A stretch of 64,000 nucleotides of DNA from Mobula hypostoma (Eukaryota), in assembly GCF_963921235.1 (NCBI RefSeq), contig NC_086097.1, positions 249,986,001-250,050,000 on the forward strand, given 5' to 3'. The notes below the pieces were generated by a model. That model did no database searches and was not told the DNA's origin. It saw only the letters and a program-made list of their open reading frames with translations. Shown in pieces: positions 52,901-61,786 of the stretch (positions within the stretch are counted from its first letter, which is position 1; each line of letters opens with the position of its first letter). The position numbers and the translations under genes were made by a program.

Positions 52901-55788
52901 TCTACGATAACGACGTTCGAAGTCAAAGAAAGTGCATTTGATCCTTTATGAAGAAACCAGCATAAATGAACAAGTAAAACTAGCGATATTATGAAATAAG
53001 CAGGCTAAGTACATTTAAAAGTATTTAAGCACGCATAAGTGTTCCAATTAATGTTAAATATTCAACAAAAAAGAATCATTCTGTCTGCCTCTGGTTCTAC
53101 CTAGACTAAACTGACCTAAGACAAAGTGTGAATATGTAACTATACTCTTCGCTTCTACCACACCCAACCAACATGACAAATTACTCATAATAAACATACA
53201 ACACAAAGTACAATACAGACAGACAGAAAATAGATACATGGCTCCTAGAGGGATAATGAATCAGGTGGAGCAGACTCGGGCTGAATAGTCTAATTCTGCT
53301 CGATGAATTATGCTCTAACGTTGTTTTCTTTTCTGAATCCTGTCCATTCAGAAGTAAACATTGCAATATTAAACTTGCCTGGATATTCTTTCCATTTATG
53401 GCAACAGGCAGACTTGATTACACTGTTCTGTGCTTAAAATCTCCTTAATTACATGCTGTAGTGACCAGAGTGGTGTAGTGAAGTTTTTCGGCAGCTTTGC
53501 ATTCAATCGGAAACGGAACATCTTGGAACTGGAACTGAAGCAGGATTACACCTCTTTGGGAACTCAGAAATATGTGGTAAGAGCAGCTAAAGTTCAGCTT
53601 TGCAATTTAAAAGATGAGTCTTTAAATCAGGGGTTTCCAGCCTGGGTCCAAGGACCCCTTGCTGAATGGTGTTAGTCTATGGCATAAAAAAAGGTTAGTG
53701 ACCCCCGCCTTAAACACAAGATAATGCAGAGTTCAGCTTGGAATCTGACAGCATAAATGCTGTATGTTCCCAATTAAAACTGTTGGAGTTATGTACAGAT
53801 TGATCAGGGGTTTCTGTCAATATTGAGTGCGGTGAATCTAACAGGTTAACTCTGGAAATGCAATTTTGTAACATCTTGAACACTACCCACCCGGCAAACT
53901 GCCTTTTCCAAACACTCCCTTCTGGAAAGTGCTTCTCGGGATACTAAAACTAAAACTTAATTCCATCTTAAAACTTTCTTCCCCCAAGCAGTTAATCTGA
54001 TCAATCATTCCAGTTATCCCCCTCCCCATTCCCCGCTATTATCTCAGTCATGCACTGTAAAAACTTTAAATCACTTTTTTCATTGCTGTTTGCATTGTAA
54101 ACATGTTTGGTATTTTTGAACATTTTATTCCATAGCTGTGCATCTAACTGTATTTTTATATAATTCTTCATTTCTGTATAGTTGTTTAATTTTTTGTTGT
54201 TGCATGTTGTGCCAAGGCAATTTCCTAATACATTTAAATGCATATGGTGAATGAAGTTAATCCCTGATCTTTAAGAGGCCAGAGAAATTGTAAAAGAATC
54301 CCTTTAATTTTATTAACAAACTTTTTTGTAAGTATTGTGCCGACCATCCTTAAGCATTCTTTAATCATGCATATCGCATTAATGGTCTTGCCTAACCTCC
54401 TGCTTGTAACTTTGAGTTATTTCATTCTAACCTTAATGGAGGCTACTCCATTGGTCAGGTCGACCATGGATGTTGCATCCTAGCTGTCTAGATACACAGG
54501 CCAGGGCAGTATGATATGGAGAACAAGTTATTAACCATGCAGCAGGCTCCCCCTCCCCAAAGGAAAGGCAGAGACCAATACAGTTTGGAACCATGGTGTT
54601 GCAGAAGTTGCCAGTCAGTGTTGAACTCAATGTAGGACTGCCTTAGGGTCTCCAGCTCCAGACTTTTTTCCTCTGGGTTTACTCCTGAAGCCTTCCCCAT
54701 GAGTGGGGTTTAGCTGCAAGGCCGTGGAGATTTGGGATCAGTTTTAGGTGAGCTGCCAACCATGGCTAACAAGCCCCATCTGCCTGAAGCGACTAGTTTT
54801 AAGGGGCTAGTAACCTGCCTTTGCCCCTTCTCCTGTCGGTAGAAACGGTTCCACTGGACTTAGTAGTTAAGCCACATGTAAAGGCCAGGAGTTGGACTTG
54901 GTAGACAGAGACTATTTGAGTCGCACGTCATTGAGATAGTGGGAGCTTGTCCTCACTACCACCTCCGGCTATAACAACCTTAAGGAACAACTGCTGACCT
55001 TGTGCTCATATCCAGACATAATTATTCTCCCAGTGGCTCCTGTGCCTTCAGCTCCCAAGTCTATAAAGTCTGAAATTGCCTCCTGGTGCAACTCCTTTCA
55101 ATATACCTCTTTGATCAGTCTGTTGGTTATCTGCCCCAATTTCTCCTTACATGGTTATGCATGTACTTTCTCGTTGATAACTCTGGGACATATTGCCATG
55201 TTAAGTGAAAGGCTTGTTGTATTTATATTCCACAAACATTGTTAACCCTTTCCAGGGACCGCTTAAAGTTACCGTACAAGAGCTTGATGGATCGTTTAAC
55301 CACACTCTACAAATTGAGGAAAACAGCTTAAAGCATGATATTCCTTGCCATTCCAAGAGCAGACGGTAGGTATGGGTGTGTGGGAAGGATAGAATTCATT
55401 AAACTTATCCAAAATTGTCCCAGTTTAAAAATGTACACTTTTTAAGATGCACTGTAATTCATCATAATATATTTTGCATGGCCATGGAAATGGCTATAAG
55501 GAAATGAGTTAATTCAGATTTTGCCTAAGATTAAAAATATATGTATCAAAATCAGTGTGGTTTATTCCATAAGCTGATTTTTGATAATTCTCTATAATGA
55601 GTCAGAAATATTAATTCATTGGTTTATGAATTATTTCTGATTTTTTTTCTTTGTTACAAATAAAAGAAAGATTGTGGATTAATGGAATCAGAATCAGATT
55701 TAATATCACCAGCATATGTCATGAAATTTGCTGTTTTGTGGTAGCAGTGCAGTGTAACACATAATAAAACACTATAAATCACAATAAG

Positions 55789-55833
<45 letters not shown>

Positions 55834-58800
55834 GTATAAAAATTAAGATGCGAAAAGAAAGGAAAAAAATAATGAGGTTGTGTACATGGGTTCATTGTCC
55901 ATTTAGAAATCTGATTAGTGGAGGAAAAAGAGGCTGTTCCTAAAACAATGAGTATGTATCTTTAGGCTCCTATACCACCTCCTTAATAGTAACATGTTCT
56001 GGGTGATGAGGGTCCTTAATGATGGTTGTCGTGTTTTTGAGGTATCGCCTTTTGAAGGTGTCCTCGATGTTGGGGAGGCTGGTGCTCATGATGGAGCTGG
56101 TTGAGTTTACAGCTTTCTGTAGCTTTTTCTGATCCTGAGCAGTGGCCTCTCCATGCCAGACGGTGATGCAACCAGTTAGAATGCTCACCATGGTACATCT
56201 GCAGAAATTTGCAAGAATCTTTGGTGATGTACCAAATATCCTCAAACCCCTCATGAAATATAGTTACTGCTGTGCCTTCTTTGTAACTGCATCAATATGT
56301 TGGGCCCAGGGTAGATATTCAGAGATATTGACATCCGACAACTTGAAACTGCTAACCCTTTCCACTGCTGATCCCTCGATGTGTGTGTTCCCTCAGCTTC
56401 CTCTTCCTGAAGTCCATAATCAATTCCTTGGTCTCACTGATGCTGAACTCAAGGTTGTTGTTATAACACCATTCAACCAGCTGAAATATCTCACTCCTGT
56501 ACAGCACTTCGTCACCATCTGAAATTCTTCCAACAATCAAAAATTGACACCTCAAATACTTGTATCAAAGAAGATTCTTCACTGTGTATTCAGACATCGG
56601 TCCAACTAATTTGCAGGGTAAAGTCAACATGTTTAGCAGGCTTACATATAAGAATGGACACATGTCCTTACAAGATTAGCGGTGTCTGTTCTGTCTGTAC
56701 AGGACTAGCGCTGTCTGTTCTGTCTGTACAAGTGTAGCGGTGTCTCTGTTTGGCCCAGACCAAGTTATAGCAGGCCAATCAGTGGCTACTAAATGATGAA
56801 ACGTCTGATTACAGTCATTATCCACCACCATTTGGCTACATAAATGAAACTTCAATCCTTGTAAGAATTTAAAAGATCAGGTCCAAAGAAATAAAAGAAA
56901 TCTTTCTCTGATTGTTGGGGTTTTTGAAAGGAATATTATATCACTTACAGTGACTTTTCACAGTTCTGTTCATTATTTTTTGTTTATTATGTCAGTCATT
57001 TCTCTTTCTGTTCAGGAATAAGAAAAAGAAGATTCCATTGTTGAATGGCGAGGAAGTGGACATGGATCTTTCTGCAATGGAGTAGGTCCTATTCATTGCA
57101 CTAATTTTTATATGTACCTCTTGGTCTGCAAACGCATTTAACATAAAGTTAATATAATTATTATCATTGAGTGTGGTTTAAAGATGTATTATTGTCTTTG
57201 TAGTGCCGATTCCCCGCTGTTGTGGATAAGGATAGACCCTGACATGTCTGTTTTGAGAAAAGTGGAATTTGAACAGGCTGATTTCATGTGGCAGTACCAG
57301 CTTCGCTATGAGAGAGACGTTGTTGCACAGGAAGAATCAATTCTCGCTTTAGAGAAGTTTCCCACTCCAGCTTCTCGACTGGCATTGACAGATATCCTAG
57401 AACATGAACAATGCTTTTACAAAGTCCGAATGCATGCCTGCTTCCGGCTTGCAAAGGTGAACAGTGAATTTTGTAATTATTTGATTGTAGAGTATGATTT
57501 ATTGAGAAGCCTAGTTCAGTGTGGAACTAGGAGGAGGGTTGGGCGTTGGGCACTGTGAAAGGAGGAGGGTTGGGCGTAGGGCTAGTAACCCCATCCTGTG
57601 AAAACCCAGTGCTACAGAAATGCCAACAGAGGCACCGCAGATCTCATCCCTGGGAGAGGAATGAAGACGGGGATACACCTGGAGACGACTGGAAAGTCTG
57701 GCCCGGGACAGAGGATTCTGGCAAGCTTCTATCAGTGGTCCGTGCCCCACTGGAGGTGAAGGGCTTTGTGAAATGAAATGATAGATTGTGCATGCACTAG
57801 CTCTTTTATATATTTCACTTGATTTAGAGAGAACCTGGAGAAAACCTGAGCGTTCCATTGGGAGGACGTACAGACTCCTCACAGATGATGTCAGAATTGA
57901 ACTCCCAACTCTAATAGCATTACACTAGTTATGGGATTGCTACTTTGTTTTTTCAGCATTTTGTGTGTGCTACATTAATCCCATTCCCCTGCCTTGTCGT
58001 TGGACTGCTATGTCATGGTGTTTTAAGAACACATCTGAATACTGTGTAAGTATTGTGAGAGTGCCTGCCTCTTTCATCCCGTTGTACAGTTGAGTTCCAA
58101 ATTTTAACCATCTTTTCAGAGAAATTTTATTCTTATAATTCCTCTGAACCTACCCAGTGGCTTCTTGTCATAGAATGGAATATTGGCTGACTGTCAGGAT
58201 AGGTTGGTGGTGAATCTGTAGAATTCATTGCCACAGACAGCTGTGGAAGCCAAGTCTTTGGGTACATTTAAAGTGGAGGTTGATAGGTTCTTGATTGGTC
58301 AGGGAATCAAAGGTTATGGGGGGAAGGCAGGAGAATGGAGTTGAGAGGGATAATGCATCAGCCAGTCATGATGGAATGCAGAGCAGACTTATTGGGCTGA
58401 ATGGCTTAATTCTTTCCGGTGTCTTTTGGCGCAATGCAGAATTATTGCACTCCCGTTAGATAACCTTGTGTATTTTATGGATGATATCTCTTTAAATGTG
58501 AGCAGTACATTAACTTCAACAGTACATGATATCTGCTATTGTTCCTTAAGATTGCAAACGCCATGGTGAATACTTGGACTGGTCCTCCAGCCATGAAGTC
58601 TCTCTTCACTCGAATGTTTTGCTGTAAAAGCTGTTCAAATATTGTTAAGACCAACAATTTCATGAACTTCCAGAGCTACTTTTTACAGAAGGTAAAATTT
58701 TTCATAAATGTCTCCTCTGTGAGCTTACGGTATTTGAACTAAGTTATTGAAGCTCTTGAAGCACCTCTTGTATGTTGTGTAGCCCACCTTCAGACTAACC

Positions 58801-61662
58801 TGCTGCAGTGTCTAGTCACACTTGTTTAGTTTTTGCTGAAAAACATTTTACCTTGACAGTTCGCTCAGCAGCATTTTATGTCTGAATAAATTCTGGGAAA
58901 AGATCAACACTAATTTTCTTAAAGAACGGTGAAAGTGTTTTTACAACTCTGTAGCCTGGTGTGGCAGTCAGTCTTTACACATTCACTTCTCCTGTATGAG
59001 TAGCCTTTAGAAACTATAGGGCAGACAGTATCATGCTTTGTTCCAGTTTTGTTTTCTTCCTCTAAATTTCTAAATGGGAAATTCAAATAAAATTAAGCTG
59101 CCAGCTTGACTCCAGTGGTTTACACACACAGTGGCCACTTGCGCCATTGAAGGTAAGAATAGGATGGTTTGGCAGATGAATGCGTGGCTGAAGAATTGTT
59201 GCAGGGGGCAGGGTTCCAGATTTCTGGAACATTTGTGTCTCTTCTGGGGAAGGTATGACTGCTACAAAAAGGATGTGTTACACCTGAATCTGAGGGGGAC
59301 CAATACCCTTGCGGGCAGGTTTGCTAGAGCTGTTGGGGAGGGTTATCACTAATTTGACAGGGGGAAGTGTGAGTTGATTAGAAGGGGACACTAGCAGGGA
59401 TGATGGCAGAACGGCAATGGCTGGAGTTTCTGGGAGTGATTCAGGAGGCACAGGATAGATATATTCCAAAGTTAAAAAAGAATTCTAAAGAGAAAATCAA
59501 GCAATCATGGTGGACAAAGACAGCATAAAAGCAAATGAGAGCATATATTAGAGCAAAAATTAGTGGGAAGTTGAATTGAAATGACTTTCTTACATCCTTC
59601 ATATACATGAGTAAAAATCTTTACATTACGTATAAATGTACAATGTGTAATCATAGTAATTTATAATAATTTATAATAAACAGAACAATCAATGTAACAT
59701 AGAAATACACTCAAATCAGCGTGAGTTAATCAGTCTGATGGCCTGGTGGAAGAAGCTGTCCCGGAGCCTGTTGGTCCTGGCTTTTATGCTGCGGTACTAT
59801 TTCCCGGATGGTAGCAGCTGGAATAGATTGTGGTTGGGGTGACTCAGGTCCCCAATGATCCTGCGGGCCCTTTTTTACACACCTGTTTTTATAAATGTAC
59901 TGAATCATGGGAAGTTCACAACTACAGATGCGCTGAGCTGTTCACACTAGTCTGCAGAATCCTGTGATTAAGGGAGGTACCTTTCCCATACCAGGCAGTG
60001 ATGCAGCCAGTCAGGATGCTTTCAATTGTGCCTCTGTAGAAAGTTCTTAGGATTTGGGAGCTCATACCAAACTTCCTCAACTGTCTGAGATGAAAGAAGC
60101 ACTGTTGTGCCTTTTTTGGCACACAGCTGATGTGTACAGTCCACGTGAGGTCTTCGGTGATGTGGATGCCGAAGGAACTTAAAGTTGTTTACCCTCTCAA
60201 CCCCACATCCATTGATGTCAATAGGGATTAGCCCATCTCCATTCCTCCTGTAATCCACAACCAGCTCCCTTGTTTGGGAAGATTTTAAAAATCAACAGAA
60301 GACAATAGAATAAAGCCATAGAGAGAGAAAACATGAAATATGAAGGTAAGCTCACCAATAATATAAAAGACACTACAAAAAGTTTTCTAGATATATCAAG
60401 GGTAAAAGAGATGACAGTGCACACCACTGTTGTAATGTGTGGTTATTTGAGTTACTGTTGTTTTTCTGTCAGCTTGAACCAATCTGGCCATTCTCCTGTG
60501 ACCTCTGTCATTACACAGAACTGCCACTCACTGGATGCTTTTGTTTCTCACACAGTTCTCTGTAAAACTGTTGTATGTGAAAACCCCAGGATATCAGCAG
60601 CTTCTGAGATACTCAAACCACCCCGTCTGGCGCCAACAATCATTCCATGGTCAAAGTCATTTAGATCACATTTCTTCCCCATTCTGAAGATTGGTCTGAA
60701 CAACAACCTGACCATGTCTGCATGCTTTTGTGCCTTGAGTTGCTGCCACATGATTAGCTGATTAGCTATTTGCATTAATTAATGTGTAGGTGTACATGTG
60801 TAGCTAGTAATGTGGCTGCTGAGTGTATATTGGTTCAAAGTCATGGTTTGCGTTTAAGTTCTGCTGTAGAAATTGAGAACAGGATCCACACTGATAATAA
60901 AGTATGTACTGATATTAAATTGTTAAATATTTTGAAGGATATGCTTTTTTCTATGTTTGGTTAACATTAATACTTTATGTATAACTACTAAACAGATAGC
61001 TGTTTCAAGTTAACATGTCCTTCTCTGCAATTTTCAACTTTGTTTGACTCCTTCAGTGTAATCCATTCTTGCTTCAAACCAGCTGCCATTATCTGAGCAC
61101 ATTGATCAGTCCCTCAATGTTAAGAAAATATTTCGTGAAACAGCATGGAATAGGCCCTTGCAGTCCTTTGAGGCATGCCACCCCGCAAACCCAATTAACC
61201 CTAAACTAATCCCAGGGCAGTTTACTATGACCTCTTAACCTACCCAGTAGGTCTTTGGACTGTGGGAGGAAACCGGTGTACCCAGGGAAAACGCAGGCAA
61301 TCCACAGGGAGGATATACAGAGACTCTTTACAGAATAGCACTGGAATTGAGCTCCAAATTCCAGAATGCCCTGAGCTGTAGTAATGTAAGCGCTAACCAC
61401 TATGCTACCATGACACCCTTGTTATATGTACGCTCATTCAATGATTGAAAATTCATGACTCAAGCAGCATATATTTTGGAAAGCAGATGATGTCAGATTA
61501 TAGAAAATTGTATCTCTGCAAGTACATTAATACATTTCATCTGTTTCACAGACAATGCCAGTTGCTATGGCACTGCTAAGAGATATCCATAACCAATGTC
61601 CTAAGGAAGTGCTGGCCTTTATTTTGGACTTAATAAAATATAATGACAACAGGAAGAACAAG
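7931..61662 (+). CDS. TAF2: TAF2 (TATA-box binding protein associated factor 2, TFIID subunit), partial spliced gene: 17 coding exons, 2281 nt; 5' and 3' ends outside window
   Basis: Exon translations match vertebrate TAF2 as recalled ([68 protein letters not shown]). All exon phases are compatible and there is no stop in the spliced frame. Confidence 0.97.
8080..8240 (+). CDS. TAF2: TAF2 exon 3 (161 nt; GYVELTIFP...[10 protein letters not shown])
   Basis: tttacAG acceptor, GTGAGT donor; preceded by a 94-nt intron. Confidence 0.95.
9959..10077 (+). CDS. TAF2: TAF2 exon 4 (119 nt; [10 protein letters not shown]...ELWKHVD)
   Basis: ttctAG acceptor, GTAAGT donor; lies within ORF 9948-10139. 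Confidence 0.95.
10991..11398 (-). mobile_element. Rex1/Babar-like LINE 3' fragment
   Basis: ORF 11143-11445 (HPLH...[12 protein letters not shown]); (agtcat)n tail and tttatt. Confidence 0.7.
11691..11832 (+). CDS. TAF2: TAF2 exon 5 (142 nt; [25 protein letters not shown]...YENCTR)
   Basis: ttattAG acceptor, GTGAGT donor; phases fit both neighbours. Confidence 0.95.
12085..12335 (-). mobile_element. V-SINE/HE1-like SINE fragment
   Basis: V-domain-like gtttggaatatgggagagaaccgg plus CR1-like tail. Confidence 0.55.
12452..12765 (-). mobile_element. V-SINE/HE1-like SINE with internal ~33-bp tandem duplication (12602-12668)
   Basis: gggaggaaaccgagtacccggagaaaacc core; tRNA-like head at 12735-12765; (ttta)n tail. 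Confidence 0.6.
13119..13350 (+). CDS. TAF2: TAF2 exon 6 (232 nt; FWFPCVDS...LVDPYMHE)
   Basis: gtatAG acceptor, GTAAGT donor; lies within ORF 13081-13407. Confidence 0.96.
13484..14565 (-). mobile_element. CR1-type LINE fragment
   Basis: ORF 13479-13661 ([10 protein letters not shown]); catagaa tail; RT-region similarity to the other CR1 copies. Confidence 0.8.
14570..15000 (+). mobile_element. Rex1/Babar-like LINE 3' fragment
   Basis: [11 protein letters not shown] and [12 protein letters not shown] motifs. Confidence 0.65.
15008..15264. mobile_element. Penelope-like fold-back mini-element
   Basis: Perfect 50-bp inverted repeat (15008-15057 / 15181-15230); exact 14-bp TSD cccattttattcta at 14994-15007 and 15265-15278. 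Confidence 0.85.
15071..15106 (-). ncRNA. Minimal type I hammerhead ribozyme motif (Penelope-associated)
   Basis: Minus strand AGUC-CUGACGA-AGGgucucagCCU-GAAA-UGUC-GACU: stem I, CUGANGA box, stem II, GAAA, GUC cleavage triplet. Confidence 0.7.
16285..17186 (+). mobile_element. CR1-type LINE, internally deleted
   Basis: ORF 16692-16958 ([15 protein letters not shown]); 3' tail gtgctgtagtgttctatgactc. Confidence 0.8.
18366..22065 (-). mobile_element. Rex1/Babar-like LINE interrupted by a CR1; carries a 72-bp in-frame tandem duplication
   Basis: ORFs 21372-21875 ([28 protein letters not shown]) and 18591-19283 ([29 protein letters not shown]). Confidence 0.85.
19546..21341 (-). mobile_element. 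CR1-type LINE, same subfamily as 4483-6626
   Basis: 348-aa ORF 19855-20901 nearly identical to ORF 4972-6141; (catagaa)n tail. Confidence 0.95.
22774..24944. mobile_element. Composite non-autonomous Tc1-type element bounded by two palindromic mini-MITEs
   Basis: Right unit 24878-24944 (cagtactgtgcaaaagtcttagg...cctaagtctttgacacagtgttg); left unit 22774-22802 plus 24424-24458; TA flanks. Confidence 0.6.
22805..24421 (-). mobile_element. Tc1-like DNA transposon, full length (~1.6 kb), transposase decayed
   Basis: TA TSD on both sides; long TIRs cagttgcaagaaaaagt / actttttcttgcaactg; ORFs give [22 protein letters not shown] (HTH), QQDNDLKH and [11 protein letters not shown] (DDE region). Confidence 0.9.
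25290..27130 (+). mobile_element. CR1-type LINE, 5'-truncated
   Basis: ORFs 25583-26017 and 26140-27054 with RT motifs (KFADDTK). Confidence 0.92.
27385..27982 (-). mobile_element. CR1-type LINE 3' fragment
   Basis: ORF 27522-27968 ([20 protein letters not shown]). Confidence 0.85.
28335..30510. mobile_element. Non-autonomous Tc1-like element (host of the Helitron), inserted in a Rex-like LINE tail
   Basis: Left TIR ta|cagcactatgcagaagtcaggcac and right remnant ctagggtgcttaagactt resemble the 24878-24944 TIR family. Confidence 0.6.
29180..30482 (-). mobile_element. Helitron (rolling-circle transposon), internally deleted, both termini present
   Basis: Minus strand begins A|TCTATATACTACTAAAAC and ends hairpin-like CAACtGGtcacCCcGTTG-T-CTAG|T; ORF 29369-30073 has RepHel N-terminal motifs (CPHCRA..E....[37 protein letters not shown]). 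Confidence 0.9.
30974..31158 (+). CDS. TAF2: TAF2 exon 7 (185 nt; [15 protein letters not shown]...YASMSILS)
   Basis: tttacAG acceptor, GTGAGT donor; follows a 17.6-kb intron. Confidence 0.95.
31387..31812 (-). mobile_element. Solo LTR candidate (426 bp)
   Basis: TGTAA...TAACA ends; exact 5-bp TSD atgct (31382-31386, 31813-31817); minus-strand TATA (~31530) then AATAAA (~31472). Confidence 0.65.
32345..33635 (+). mobile_element. CR1-type LINE nested in an older minus-strand CR1 (about 32050-32341 plus 33637-33960)
   Basis: ORFs 32442-32876 and 32827-33174 with RT motifs; the flanks rejoin as a continuous minus-strand CR1. Confidence 0.85.
35470..36210 (+). mobile_element. Penelope-like element fragment (GIY-YIG remnant plus terminal repeat)
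   Basis: ctacattggtgagacc (YIGET); collinear with 3880-4480 and 6630-6744. Confidence 0.7.
36328..36441 (+). CDS. TAF2: TAF2 exon 8 (114 nt; [38 protein letters not shown])
   Basis: catttAG acceptor, GTAAGT donor. Confidence 0.95.
36608..38688. mobile_element. hAT-like non-autonomous element interrupted by a Rex-like LINE
   Basis: 8-bp TSD gttggca(c/t) at 36600-36607 and 38689-38696; degenerate CA...TG TIRs. Confidence 0.45.
36870..38635 (-). mobile_element. Rex1/Babar-like LINE, 5'-truncated
   Basis: ORFs 38255-38635 ([20 protein letters not shown]), 37921-38214 ([15 protein letters not shown]) and 37091-37441. Confidence 0.85.
38945..40170 (-). mobile_element. RTE-clade LINE fragment
   Basis: [40 protein letters not shown]; short gac-repeat tail. 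Confidence 0.8.
40855..41160 (+). mobile_element. V-SINE-like SINE
   Basis: tRNA-like head (ggtagcataaaggttagc, ggggttcaattcc), gtgggtttcctctgggtgctcc core, aataaa tail. Confidence 0.6.
41565..41760. mobile_element. Penelope-like fold-back mini-element (older)
   Basis: Imperfect ~65-bp inverted arms; 13-bp TSD ttagcaa(g/a)gatga at 41552-41564 and 41761-41773; degenerate hammerhead at 41626-41660. Confidence 0.75.
42689..42788 (+). CDS. TAF2: TAF2 exon 9 (100 nt; [33 protein letters not shown])
   Basis: tttgtAG acceptor, GTAGCA donor. Confidence 0.95.
43860..44575 (+). mobile_element. Rex1/Babar-like LINE fragment (resumes at ~45773 after a CR1 insertion)
   Basis: ORF 43867-44178 ([21 protein letters not shown]). 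Confidence 0.7.
44590..45772 (+). mobile_element. CR1-type LINE fragment
   Basis: ORFs 44653-45306 (FADDTK) and 45273-45686. Confidence 0.88.
45845..46790 (+). mobile_element. CR1-type LINE fragment
   Basis: ORF 46222-46677; related to the 25290-27130 subfamily. Confidence 0.85.
47531..47616 (+). CDS. TAF2: TAF2 exon 10 (86 nt; [29 protein letters not shown])
   Basis: tttgtAG acceptor, GTAAGT donor. Confidence 0.95.
48895..49920 (-). mobile_element. Rex1/Babar-like LINE fragment containing a SINE
   Basis: Degenerate similarity to the 18591-19283 region. Confidence 0.6.
49031..49297 (-). mobile_element. tRNA-derived SINE with CORE-like segment
   Basis: Minus strand A box TGGCCAAGCGG, B box GTTCGAGCC, then tgtgtccttgagcaaggcacttaa. 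Confidence 0.6.
50181..50316 (+). CDS. TAF2: TAF2 exon 11 (136 nt; [17 protein letters not shown]...MEFMLQ)
   Basis: ttgcAG acceptor, GTTTGT donor. Confidence 0.95.
51205..51790 (-). mobile_element. CR1-type LINE 3' fragment
   Basis: ORF 51478-51735 ([18 protein letters not shown]). Confidence 0.8.
52210..52364 (+). CDS. TAF2: TAF2 exon 12 (155 nt; [10 protein letters not shown]...IQPLIKQWV)
   Basis: ctttAG acceptor; U12-type donor GTATCCTTT at 52365. Confidence 0.95.
52365..53461 (+). other. U12-type (minor spliceosome) GT-AG intron
   Basis: 5' end GTATCCTTT; branch TCCTTAAT at 53442-53449, about 13 nt from the 3' AG; no polypyrimidine tract. Confidence 0.92.
53462..53576 (+). CDS. TAF2: TAF2 exon 13 (115 nt; [19 protein letters not shown]...GTQKYV)
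   Basis: U12 branch TCCTTAAT then tgtAG acceptor; GTAAGA donor. Confidence 0.95.
53628..53707. mobile_element. 80-bp hAT-like MITE
   Basis: caggggtttcc...gacccccg ends; 8-bp flanks ctttaaat / ccttaaac (6 of 8 match). Confidence 0.5.
55256..55365 (+). CDS. TAF2: TAF2 exon 14 (110 nt; [37 protein letters not shown])
   Basis: tttccAG acceptor, GTAGGT donor. Confidence 0.95.
55685..56535 (-). mobile_element. Rex1/Babar-like LINE fragment with (TA)n(TG)n microsatellite at ~55790-55832
   Basis: ORFs 55970-56254 and 56352-56555; (agaatc)n tail. Confidence 0.8.
56679..56746. repeat. Short tandem repeat, ~29-bp unit x ~2.4
   Basis: tagcg(g/c)tgtctgttctgtctgtaca repeated. Confidence 0.7.
57016..57081 (+). 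CDS. TAF2: TAF2 exon 15 (66 nt; [22 protein letters not shown])
   Basis: gttcAG acceptor, GTAGGT donor. Confidence 0.95.
57204..57456 (+). CDS. TAF2: TAF2 exon 16 (253 nt; [14 protein letters not shown]...ACFRLAK)
   Basis: tttgtAG acceptor, GTGAAC donor; lies within ORF 57184-57558. Confidence 0.96.
58551..58691 (+). CDS. TAF2: TAF2 exon 17 (141 nt; [19 protein letters not shown]...QSYFLQK)
   Basis: ccttaAG acceptor, GTAAAA donor. Confidence 0.95.
59145..59360 (+). mobile_element. CR1 ORF1 SGNH/esterase-domain fragment
   Basis: [18 protein letters not shown]...[20 protein letters not shown] resembles the DGLHLN block of CR1 ORF1 esterases. Confidence 0.65.
59572..60275 (-). mobile_element. 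Rex1/Babar-like LINE fragment
   Basis: ORF 59922-60122 ([25 protein letters not shown]). Confidence 0.8.
60420..60827 (-). mobile_element. Tc1-like transposon remnant
   Basis: [39 protein letters not shown] (transposase N-terminal HTH); TIR-like gtggctgctgagtg|ta. Confidence 0.7.
61135..61418 (-). mobile_element. V-SINE/HE1-like SINE
   Basis: gtctttggactgtgggaggaaaccgg core; same family as 12452-12765. Confidence 0.6.
61552..61662 (+). CDS. TAF2: TAF2 exon 18 (111 nt; [37 protein letters not shown])
   Basis: ttcacAG acceptor, GTAATG donor. Confidence 0.95.
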
Positions 61663-61786
61663 GTAATGCATCATCAATATTTTCTTTTAGATCTTTTAAA
61701 ACCTCTGGGATTCTTCAATTTTTTTTAAAAAGAGCTATTTTAGTTTTCTCTTATGCTTTCTTGTCTTGTGTTATTGGTATATTAAT

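Noticed and set aside
58542..58550. TTCCTTAAG as a third U12 branch site
   Set aside because: It overlaps the acceptor AG itself, and the intron donor (GTGAAC at 57457) is not U12-like.
59123..59140. acacacagtggccactt as left TIR pairing with the Tc1 remnant at 60420-60827
   Set aside because: The match is too short and is separated by unrelated LINE fragments; it cannot be supported without a consensus.
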